DNA of 31,068 nt from a virus (Duplodnaviria; Caudoviricetes). Where the stretch lies: IMG/VR virus record IMGVR_UViG_3300021957_000181, positions 1 to 31,068 of that record; one strand, 5' to 3'. The position numbers and the translations under genes were made by a program. The notes under the pieces are model-generated. The model searched no databases and had not been told where the DNA came from. It saw nothing but the letters and a program-made list of their open reading frames with translations. How positions within the stretch are numbered: position 1 is the first letter of the stretch; every line of letters starts with the position of its first letter. Positions 8,263 through 15,088 of the stretch are shown in pieces.

Positions 8263-9171
8263 TTATTTTTCGTCTGTTAAGCTATACTGCATTTCTACCA
8301 TTTGATTATGCAGCAATTGCTGTGCTAGTCCATTACGTAGGCCTCTATTCGAATCGGGTAATTTCGAATCTACTAAAGTTACTGTATCACTATATTCTTT
8401 ACCTGGTATTTGTTTTGACGCATATAACCTATTTATCTCACCATTCATCGCAGCATTCATTTGGATAATAACTAAATTTTCATTTGCCAATTGAGCCGCT
8501 TGTAAAGAGGTCAAAAGTTTCTCAAGTCTGTATTTTCTTTTACGCTCTTCTTCCTCTTCTTCATCATCTTCTCTAGCTTTCTCTCTATTTATCTCATCCT
8601 GCTCAATTGTTTTATTGCGTTCCATATTGACGTTCTCATCGTCAAATACATCATACACATCATCTAAACTAACTTCTGGAATATCAGGGATCGGCGCAAC
8701 GTAACCTGGACAGTTAGGGTCAAATTGAGGATTATAACATGGTGTAACTCTGTAAGTATAAACAACACTTGTATCATATACAGAGCCATTGCCGTCAACA
8801 TCAATACTGCCGTCTCCCCAAGCTTCTCTAGGCAAGTTTCCTACAGGAACAGCTTTACTAATTCCTGTACCAGCTAAAGATCCAGGTTTCCACTCGTCAG
8901 TTTCTCTAAAAATATATCCAGTACCATTTGCATTTTTATTTTGCACATGAACTGTAACCCACTCACCAGTTTCTTTTTGAATTTTGTAGCTGTATATTAC
9001 ATTTTGAATATCTAATCCAGGTGGATTAGGCAATACGCTAGGCATAGACCAAGCCAAAGACTGGTCTGTAATTGCATTGCCTGTATATCCAAAGTATGGC
9101 GCTATGCTCTCAGAGTAAGAGTAACCAGGCCAGCATACCAGCGCCAATAACAGGAGCAGCTTTTTCTGCAT
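8263..9171 (-). CDS. Exported protein with beta domain, CxxPxxDPxCPGY motif and acidic linker
   Basis: Signal peptide MQKKLLLLLALVCWPGYSYS; 302 aa. Confidence 0.75.
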   Translation of the reverse strand: MQKKLLLLLALVCWPGYSYSESIAPYFGYTGNAITDQSLAWSMPSVLPNPPGLDIQNVIYSYKIQKETGEWVTVHVQNKNANGTGYIFRETDEWKPGSLAGTGISKAVPVGNLPREAWGDGSIDVDGNGSVYDTSVVYTYRVTPCYNPQFDPNCPGYVAPIPDIPEVSLDDVYDVFDDENVNMERNKTIEQDEINREKAREDDEEEEEERKRKYRLEKLLTSLQAAQLANENLVIIQMNAAMNGEINRLYASKQIPGKEYSDTVTLVDSKLPDSNRGLRNGLAQQLLHNQMVEMQYSLTDEK

Positions 9172-9685
9172 CTATAGGTCCCATCAAATTAAGTTCTTCT
9201 TCAGTTTCTTCAACGTGGCTTTCCCAACCAAGTTTAGCAGCTTCACCAATTAAACCATTATAAGGGCAAGGAGTTCCAGCATTCATCATTGCGTCAAAGA
9301 CTTTTGGATCTTGACACATTGTAGATACCGCGGCTACTTTCATTCCCATATCATAAAGAACCTTTGCATTCTTTAATCGTTTACAGTTTTCTTCAGTATA
9401 TGTACCACCAGCAGAAATACCTAGGATTTGTGTTTGTACTGCTCCAGCCACGCCAATAGTACATAGGTCAGAGTTACTACCTGTGCTAAATTGTGGGGAA
9501 ATTGCAGATGGTGGTGGTTGCTCAATTGTCGTGGTCATCTGACCACTAGTAGTAATATTAGAGTCTGTACCCGATAATGTACAGACATATCCATCAGGGC
9601 ATTCAACTGCATCTTGAGCAAAACTTGTTTGTGCAAAAAATACACAAATTATTAATACTAAAATTCCAAATAACTTATCTATCAT
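9110..9685 (-). CDS. Exported Cys-rich protein with C-terminal hydrophobic anchor
   Basis: Start reassigned to MIDK (9685), after GGAG and a late promoter; signal peptide ending SFA; six Cys; hydrophobic tail GMLAWLLLL. Confidence 0.75.
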   Translation of the reverse strand: MIDKLFGILVLIICVFFAQTSFAQDAVECPDGYVCTLSGTDSNITTSGQMTTTIEQPPPSAISPQFSTGSNSDLCTIGVAGAVQTQILGISAGGTYTEENCKRLKNAKVLYDMGMKVAAVSTMCQDPKVFDAMMNAGTPCPYNGLIGEAAKLGWESHVEETEEELNLMGPIDAEKAAPVIGAGMLAWLLLL

Positions 9686-9705
9686 ATTATACTCCATTTC
9701 AGCTC

Positions 9706-9713
9706 TATTTATA
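9706..9713 (-). promoter_or_regulatory. T4-type late promoter TATAAATA
   Basis: Exact consensus about 21 nt upstream of the ATG at 9685. Confidence 0.75.
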
Positions 9714-9725
9714 ACAATTAAAATT

Positions 9726-9902
9726 TTATACTGCTTCAACACAAATAGCTTGCTGGCCAGGATCAAAGTACCCATAACGGTTAGTTAATTCTTTGCCTAG
9801 AGCTTCTCTGGCTTGAAAGCATTTTACCATAGTACTATGCTTACTATGTTCTTCTACATAAGGCTTAGCATCGTACATATAGACAAATAACAAAACCCAC
9901 AT
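9726..9902 (-). CDS. Small hypothetical protein (58 aa; not in ORF track)
   Basis: MWVLLFVYMYDAKPYVEE...CF...AICVEAV; TAATG coupling to the upstream stop. Confidence 0.6.
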   Translation of the reverse strand: MWVLLFVYMYDAKPYVEEHSKHSTMVKCFQAREALGKELTNRYGYFDPGQQAICVEAV

Positions 9903-10252
9903 TACAGATCTTCTTTCTTTTTATCCCAGGGCTGACGGCCTCCATAAGGTTCCCACTCGGCTCCAGCAATAATTAAGCATGACATTATAGGGCCATTATC
10001 ATTTGGAAAAGACAGCACAAATGCAAGTGTGCCGGTATCTTGATTTAAAAATATCTGGGCGCCTGATGTAAAGTTTTTACCATCTTTAGAAGCAATCGTA
10101 CCAGTACCTTGAAGCAATAATGCATTTTTATATTGTAGCATTATCCTCATCACTTCAGGTGCTGGATCGCATGGTACATTTATTTGTATTGTATCAGCAT
10201 GCGCTGGAACACAAGCAGAAACGAATCCTAAGGCCAATAATAGTTTCTTCAT
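9902..10252 (-). CDS. Exported hypothetical protein
   Basis: Start MKKLLL after AAGGA; signal peptide ending AHA; Cys pair. Confidence 0.7.
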   Translation of the reverse strand: MKKLLLALGFVSACVPAHADTIQINVPCDPAPEVMRIMLQYKNALLLQGTGTIASKDGKNFTSGAQIFLNQDTGTLAFVLSFPNDNGPIMSCLIIAGAEWEPYGGRQPWDKKKEDL

Positions 10253-10269
10253 AGTATAGTCCTTTCTCA

Positions 10270-10299
10270 TAAAAAAAGAGGGGCTAACCATGGCCCCTC
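10270..10299 (-). terminator. Intrinsic terminator
   Basis: GAGGGGC-CATGGTTA-GCCCCTC followed by T7. Confidence 0.75.
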
Positions 10300-10331
10300 G
10301 CGCACTTATTAAGTAGTGACCCTATAACTTT

Positions 10332-10339
10332 TATTTATA
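10332..10339 (-). promoter_or_regulatory. T4-type late promoter TATAAATA
   Basis: Exact consensus just after the stop of the porin-like gene. Confidence 0.6.
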
Positions 10340-10343
10340 CGCA

Positions 10344-10736
10344 TTAGAAGGCAAAGGTAGCACCTACTTTAGTCGAAACATTATCAGATGCGTCGACATC
10401 CCATGTTGTTTCACCAAACAACTCAACTCCACCAAATACTTCATATGTTGCACCAAGATTGATTTTTGGATCATCAAACGCATTGCTCAGTTGTAATTCT
10501 TCGTTATTGTATACCGGAATGTCCATATCGGCTGTTAGACCAATACCGAACATTGAGTATCCGATTTCAGGAGTAATCTTAACTCCAAAATCATCTACCG
10601 CAGCGCCTGCTGCGTCATTGATCGTATATGCTGCTTCTGTTTCTACGCCCCAAGTAATACCGGTTGCTCCGATTTCATTGGCTGAGACTGATGTTGCCGT
10701 TACAAGAGCGGCTGCTGCGATTGCTGCAAATTTCAT
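10344..10736 (-). CDS. Small outer-membrane beta-barrel (porin-like) protein
   Basis: Ala-rich signal peptide, alternating amphipathic strands, C-terminal KVGATFAF ending in Phe (BAM signal). Confidence 0.7.
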   Translation of the reverse strand: MKFAAIAAAALVTATSVSANEIGATGITWGVETEAAYTINDAAGAAVDDFGVKITPEIGYSMFGIGLTADMDIPVYNNEELQLSNAFDDPKINLGATYEVFGGVELFGETTWDVDASDNVSTKVGATFAF

Positions 10737-10769
10737 TTCTTTAGTTCCCTTTTAAAATTATCATAATAA

Positions 10770-11135
10770 GATGCCACTTTTCTGTTGCTAGGTAAGTGGC
10801 CAACCCCCTGTGATTATGCCGCTAGGGCAAATCCAGATGGTGCAAAATTATCGTTTGCATTTATGTTTTGTAAACTAGAATACATGTCGATCCTATTTCA
10901 GCCCCATCATAAGCACACTTGCGAAGTCTTTTATTATAACCGCGCTTAATCTTCTTACGTTCACCTGGTTTCCAATGATAGTATTTTTTAGATTTCTTGC
11001 TTAGAGCATCAAACTCATCGCCGCCTTTCATTTTAATACGTGTCGTCATTATGTTTCCAAATGTGCTTGTGGTGGAGCTGCTCGGTACCGCCCCGAGGTC
11101 CATACATCCGTTATTAACGCCTACATTCTATGTAT
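10770..11135 (-). ncRNA. ssrA: Circularly permuted two-piece tmRNA (acceptor piece ~11135-11070, intervening segment 11069-10906, coding piece 10905-~10770)
   Basis: Acceptor piece ends GACCTCGGGGCGGTACCGAGCAGCTCCACCA. Coding piece starts GGGGCTGAAATAGGATCGAC. The 7-bp acceptor stem has the G3:U70 Ala determinant. Tag frame 10858-10814 reads ANDNFAPSGFALAA-stop. Inter-piece pairing CATGTATTC/GGATGTATG. Outer ends are approximate. Confidence 0.93.
10861..11049 (-). CDS. Basic 62-aa ORF starting in the tmRNA intervening segment and reading into the coding piece
   Basis: ATG at 11049 after GGAAAC; MTTRIKMKGGDEFDALSKKSKKYYHWKPGERKKIKRGYNKRLRK... Confidence 0.6.
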   Translation of the reverse strand: MTTRIKMKGGDEFDALSKKSKKYYHWKPGERKKIKRGYNKRLRKCAYDGAEIGSTCILVYKT

Positions 11136-11246
11136 TACTTTATAGCCCTTACTTTGCACATAGCTTTCAACAATGTGCTTATCCTGTGATATAATTATTA
11201 CAGTTTTATTTTCGTCATAAGCATAATACTTATGCTTCTTTTTCAC
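11121..11246 (-). CDS. Possible small protein (41 aa, GTG start)
   Basis: Hand translation MKKKHKYYAYDENKTVIIISQDKHIVESYVQSKGYKVIHRM; fills the gap between genes. Confidence 0.4.
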   Translation of the reverse strand: MKKKHKYYAYDENKTVIIISQDKHIVESYVQSKGYKVIHRM

Positions 11247-11535
11247 TATCGTGGATGTAGAGTTGAATGAGGGCATAATGGAGAACTTTCATTAAATCCT
11301 TACGGGCGTCATCTCGACTACCTTTTTTTCCATAACGATTTGAATACTTGTCAACGTTTCCCATACAGAAACCAGTACCATGTCCACGTTCAATAATTAC
11401 TTCTGTTGATTGAAATTTATTTGTAGCATAATGCCCATCATACGTGGAATCAATATAAGCTTGGAATTCTTCAATCAAGGAGCCTTCATTAAATTTATAA
11501 TCAATATTTACGTTTCCGATTTTTTCTTTTGCCAT
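11230..11535 (-). CDS. DUF3310-like protein
   Basis: HY...FQ..E...FCMGNVDKYSNRYGKK...DLMKVLHY; AGGAG SD before the ATG at 11535. Confidence 0.75.
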   Translation of the reverse strand: MAKEKIGNVNIDYKFNEGSLIEEFQAYIDSTYDGHYATNKFQSTEVIIERGHGTGFCMGNVDKYSNRYGKKGSRDDARKDLMKVLHYALIQLYIHDSEKEA

Positions 11536-11680
11536 ATCCAAGTCTCCTCATTACTGCCATACGCTGCTCTTCAGTATATGACGTCCATTCTTTAATTTCA
11601 TCTATAGTCCGGCCGCAGCCAGTACATGTTCTTAATTCTATACTAATTTTACAGATTTGTACACATGGTGTTACATACAT
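11501..11680 (-). CDS. DUF1289-like small Cys protein (59 aa; not in ORF track)
   Basis: MYVTPCVQICKI....TCTGCGRTIDEIKEW matches the PCxxIC-CxGCxR-EIxxW pattern. Confidence 0.75.
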   Translation of the reverse strand: MYVTPCVQICKISIELRTCTGCGRTIDEIKEWTSYTEEQRMAVMRRLGYGKRKNRKRKY

Positions 11681-11681
11681 T

Positions 11682-12152
11682 TTAGTCTAGGCTGTAAAAT
11701 AAATGATTACCAATTACTTTGGTAAGTTTATATTCTTTTGCCCACCACGGATTTACGTAATTAGCGTGATAAAACTCAGCGCCTTTTGTAGGATCTTCAG
11801 TATTGCCAATCATAATATCACGCGCAATTACTTGAGCTTCTTTCCAAGCTCTTTCTTCAGTTGCTGTATGATCTTTAATCATGTGAGTCCAGCTAAATTG
11901 CTTCGCTTGATAAACAACTTCGCATATAGTGTTGGGCCAATTTTCATGACTAACTCTATTCATTGTTACATGTGCTACTGCAATTTGACCTTCCCAGCGC
12001 TCGCCACGGGCTTCGTGGTAAATGTTGAGTGCCATACATTTGTGCTGTTTAGGATCAACCTCTGGCAACGACATCATTGCTACAAGACCAATTGCTGTTA
12101 TTGTCGCCATTGTTAGAATACCACTTGCTATGTGAACATATTTGTTATTCAT
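11682..12152 (-). CDS. SleB/Hydrolase_2 cell wall hydrolase
   Basis: CMALNIYHEARGE, VAHVTMNRV, QFSW, GAEFYHA and IGNHLFY motifs; N-terminal TM segment. Confidence 0.92.
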   Translation of the reverse strand: MNNKYVHIASGILTMATITAIGLVAMMSLPEVDPKQHKCMALNIYHEARGERWEGQIAVAHVTMNRVSHENWPNTICEVVYQAKQFSWTHMIKDHTATEERAWKEAQVIARDIMIGNTEDPTKGAEFYHANYVNPWWAKEYKLTKVIGNHLFYSLD

Positions 12153-12162
12153 ATTTATAACC

Positions 12163-12333
12163 TTAGGAGACCACTACAGGTTTCATAGTGAGCTTAGCAT
12201 ATTCGTTTGTATCGTGTAGCCTACGAAAGTAATCTGCAGCTTGCTTATGGGCAAGACCAGTTGCAAACTCTTGTAATTCGTATTTGCCATTTTTAAAATA
12301 AAAGGCTTCAATTCTAAAATACTTACTATGCAT
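12163..12333 (-). CDS. Small hypothetical protein (56 aa; not in ORF track)
   Basis: MHSKYFRIEAFYFKNGKYEL...; overlaps the upstream stop. Confidence 0.55.
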   Translation of the reverse strand: MHSKYFRIEAFYFKNGKYELQEFATGLAHKQAADYFRRLHDTNEYAKLTMKPVVVS

Positions 12334-12733
12334 AGTCATAATCCTTATAATTACAAATCTTTGCTAGCTCATTGACTAGCAATTTACCATAATTAGTAAA
12401 CAAGATACCTTGCTCCCAAACAAAATGTTCGACATCTTGAAGGTGATAAAAGGTTTCAGTACCTATCATCCACAAAAGAGCGTTAGTGCGATTACCGGCT
12501 CCAAGCTCGACGATATCTTTGATGCGAGCTTCGAACTTTTCGATGGCGACTACTTCAGCTGCTTTTTCAGCTTTAGCATTTTCTTCGAGTTGCTCACATA
12601 GAGCATCCCAAAGATTTTGCTTCGTTTGTTCGTCAAACGCTAAAAGGTTTTTCATGAAAATTGCAGAAGGGCGAAAGCCATGAACATCTTTATGAAGGTC
12701 TGACCAAAGATCGTCTGAGTAAGTGTAGTTCAT
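12326..12733 (-). CDS. Early hypothetical protein
   Basis: 135 aa with SDLHKDVHGFRP motif; GGAGA SD; follows cassette 3. Confidence 0.8.
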   Translation of the reverse strand: MNYTYSDDLWSDLHKDVHGFRPSAIFMKNLLAFDEQTKQNLWDALCEQLEENAKAEKAAEVVAIEKFEARIKDIVELGAGNRTNALLWMIGTETFYHLQDVEHFVWEQGILFTNYGKLLVNELAKICNYKDYDYA

Positions 12734-12747
12734 AATATATTCTCCAT

Positions 12748-12822
12748 CATTTGATATAATTATCTTACACTATTACAAATCAAATGTAAACAAAAAAGTG
12801 AGCAGTTAGCTCACTTTTTTTT
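12748..12822 (-). promoter_or_regulatory. Terminator + early promoter cassette, copy 3
   Basis: Near identical to copy 2; -35 TTTACA (12785-12790), 17 bp, -10 TAAGAT (12762-12767). Confidence 0.85.
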
Positions 12823-13027
12823 CACCACTCTCAGCGACTAATTCATCAACTAAGTCTATGATCAGATCAGCTTCCTCTTGCAACATTGGTTCAAGATCTT
12901 TGTTATATATGCCTATGACCATTCTATCTTCAATATTTTCACGGTTTACTTTTCCGTTTTTTAAAGGTAGATGCCATTTGTTTAACAAAATATCCATTGC
13001 CATAGTTGAATAATCGCTCATTCTCAT
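12806..13027 (-). CDS. Hypothetical protein
   Basis: 73 aa; ends EKKVS inside the cassette hairpin. Confidence 0.65.
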   Translation of the reverse strand: MRMSDYSTMAMDILLNKWHLPLKNGKVNRENIEDRMVIGIYNKDLEPMLQEEADLIIDLVDELVAESGEKKVS

Positions 13028-13263
13028 TCTATGATCTCCATTCCAGTAAATCCTTCTTGAGTCCAGCCACGAGCTTCAGCATGACCACTTATGATATTAG
13101 CATAATGACTATGAGGCCACATACCTTCTTTCTGGGCCCATTTCTTCATATCTATCTGCACAGCAATTGATTGCTCACCTTGAACATTATTAGCGTGAAT
13201 ACGCGCGACTTCGTCTGCAGCCATAACAAAGCCATTACGGGTTTTTTGAATCCAGGGTTTCAT
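13024..13263 (-). CDS. Hypothetical protein
   Basis: 79 aa; translationally coupled. Confidence 0.65.
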   Translation of the reverse strand: MKPWIQKTRNGFVMAADEVARIHANNVQGEQSIAVQIDMKKWAQKEGMWPHSHYANIISGHAEARGWTQEGFTGMEIIE

Positions 13264-13463
13264 TATGCAGCCCTCCGAGCAGCCAAGAACTGATCAGCCA
13301 TATCATTAAAGAACGAATTAAAGTTTTCACCTAAAACCTCTATCCAACCATCTAAGGCCAAATCAGACTCAACATAATTCCATATAACTGTTCCATCCTC
13401 AGTCTGGTTAACATAGTTATTAGCAGCTTTGTCGAATGCAACTACAAAGTTTGAATCTCTCAT
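13263..13463 (-). CDS. Early hypothetical protein
   Basis: 66 aa; AGGAGA SD; follows cassette 4. Confidence 0.7.
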   Translation of the reverse strand: MRDSNFVVAFDKAANNYVNQTEDGTVIWNYVESDLALDGWIEVLGENFNSFFNDMADQFLAARRAA

Positions 13464-13476
13464 ATTGGTATCTCCT

Positions 13477-13554
13477 TTTGATATATCTATACTACACTAT
13501 TACAAATCAATTGTAAACAAAAAAGTGAGCAGATGGAGAAAAAAGTGAGCAGAT
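13477..13554 (-). promoter_or_regulatory. Early promoter cassette, copy 4 (arm present as direct repeat, no hairpin)
   Basis: -35 TTTACA (13512-13517), 17 bp, -10 TAGTAT (13489-13494); AAAAAAGTGAGCAGAT occurs twice (13519-13534, 13539-13554). Confidence 0.85.
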
Positions 13555-14744
13555 TATAAAAATAATTCTAGTGTATGCGCAGCTCGTTTAACACTATATG
13601 TTTGAGTCTTATTGTCTTGAAGAATGTAATCAGCTTCAACGGTTTCAATATTACCACCAAGAAAAGCTTTTACGTTCTCAGCCATATTCATTGCTGTGGT
13701 GACTGGAACATTTTGGCAAATCATGTTAAGATTTTTTATTCCGCCTTGAAGCTTAAAGTCCTTAGGCATTTTCATAATATCAAGAGCTTCTCGAGTATTA
13801 ATGAATCGATCAATGTCAGGATGAACAAGACTTGTTGGCATATGGCCTACAAATGCGCCAATATAATCTTTGCCGATTTCAACACCTTTACGCATAATGT
13901 TACCGCCAGATGCTAATTTTTCGTGCATCCGTTTTGCTTTTGGAACTAAACGGTCATACCCATTTTTCTCAGCCCATTTAGCAACAGTATTGTATTTAAT
14001 ACCAGCATGCTCAATAGCATCATATGGATTCATTGTTTTCTTTATCTTCTTTACGTAATCAGTATGGCTAATTCCACCTTCAACTTCTTCCAATACAAAC
14101 CTGTACAATGGATCGTCTGTTGGTTTAATTTTATTATTAGCCTGCTCAAACATAACATCAAGTTCATTGGTTGCTGATGATCTGATTTGATCTTCAATAG
14201 GAAGATGCGGTTTATTATAGTATTGAAATATTGGAACGTGATTACCTTTCCAAAAGAAATAGAAAGTACGATCTCGTATTTGACTTAGTCCGTGTAAGAT
14301 TGATTTTGTTTTATAGATTGAGAATGTGTATCCGTATTTCTTTGCGAGGCTTCGTAGTTTTGCAACAACTGGCTCTCCCATTTTACTAGCAAGGCGTGGA
14401 GCGTTTTCACCCCAGAACACAGTTGGTTGGACGGATTCAAGCACATATTCTGCAGACTTGACCATCCAATCATTAGTATTACTATCACCACTACTAGAAG
14501 GACTAAGTGAGCTAAGCCCTGCGCAAGGGCAGACAGTGTTGACCACATCAACGCTCCCAGGTGCACGAGCACCCTCATCAAGAAGAAGATAAGGCACGCT
14601 GTAATTATAATAGTGAATAAGCTGGCTGTCATTTGCTTTAAAATCCGAATAAGAAAGAATGTACTCAGGTCTTTTTCCAAAGACCTTTTCCATTGCAATC
14701 GTTTCACCGCCAATCAATGGCACAATACTGGCGTATGTTGTCAT
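13554..14744 (-). CDS. DNA (cytosine-5)-methyltransferase-like protein
   Basis: Catalytic CPCAGLS, ENAP, QIRDRTF and late CQNVP motifs; motif I atypical (VPLIGG). Confidence 0.8.
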   Translation of the reverse strand: MTTYASIVPLIGGETIAMEKVFGKRPEYILSYSDFKANDSQLIHYYNYSVPYLLLDEGARAPGSVDVVNTVCPCAGLSSLSPSSSGDSNTNDWMVKSAEYVLESVQPTVFWGENAPRLASKMGEPVVAKLRSLAKKYGYTFSIYKTKSILHGLSQIRDRTFYFFWKGNHVPIFQYYNKPHLPIEDQIRSSATNELDVMFEQANNKIKPTDDPLYRFVLEEVEGGISHTDYVKKIKKTMNPYDAIEHAGIKYNTVAKWAEKNGYDRLVPKAKRMHEKLASGGNIMRKGVEIGKDYIGAFVGHMPTSLVHPDIDRFINTREALDIMKMPKDFKLQGGIKNLNMICQNVPVTTAMNMAENVKAFLGGNIETVEADYILQDNKTQTYSVKRAAHTLELFL

Positions 14745-14746
14745 GT

Positions 14747-15088
14747 TTAAGTTTTCAAATCTTGATTTCTAACGTGTGCCATAATTGGCCATGTGGGGGC
14801 ATCAGGTCTAACATCCATATTGTCATCCCAAGGGAAAGAAATAATACAGGTGGTGTCTTTTTGCATAGCCTCAACTTTGTTTGCCCGGTGTTCCATATCT
14901 TCTTTCATTGCGACTGAAGAAAGAGATTGCCATGATAAGATATAAACTGCCATTGGATCATCATCAGTAAGTCTATATGGATTTGCATCCCATACTGTAA
15001 CTTTTACTTTTGAGCGATCAACATTTGCGTATTGATCGCATAAATCTAAAAAGTTACTAACATATAAATTTAATTCTTCGCTATACAT
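14747..15088 (-). CDS. Hypothetical protein in the DNA modification operon
   Basis: Probable start MYSEEL overlapping the epimerase stop. Confidence 0.6.
   Translation of the reverse strand: MYSEELNLYVSNFLDLCDQYANVDRSKVKVTVWDANPYRLTDDDPMAVYILSWQSLSSVAMKEDMEHRANKVEAMQKDTTCIISFPWDDNMDVRPDAPTWPIMAHVRNQDLKT

Noticed and set aside
8540-8600. TTC/CTC-rich low-complexity run
   Set aside because: It simply encodes the acidic EDDEEEEEERKRK linker of the 302-aa protein.
11070-11100. CCA-ending T-arm read as a stand-alone tRNA
   Set aside because: No anticodon or D arm upstream; it pairs with GGGGCTG at 10905, so it is the tmRNA acceptor piece.
11050-11103. Longer 80-aa start (MDLGAVP...) for the ORF in the tmRNA locus
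   Set aside because: That ATG lies within the structured acceptor piece; the ATG at 11049 has a better context.
12152-12159. TATAAATA overlapping the SleB-like start codon as a late promoter
   Set aside because: A transcript from it would begin inside the ORF; it may be chance in AT-rich DNA or imply a later start. Not resolvable from sequence.
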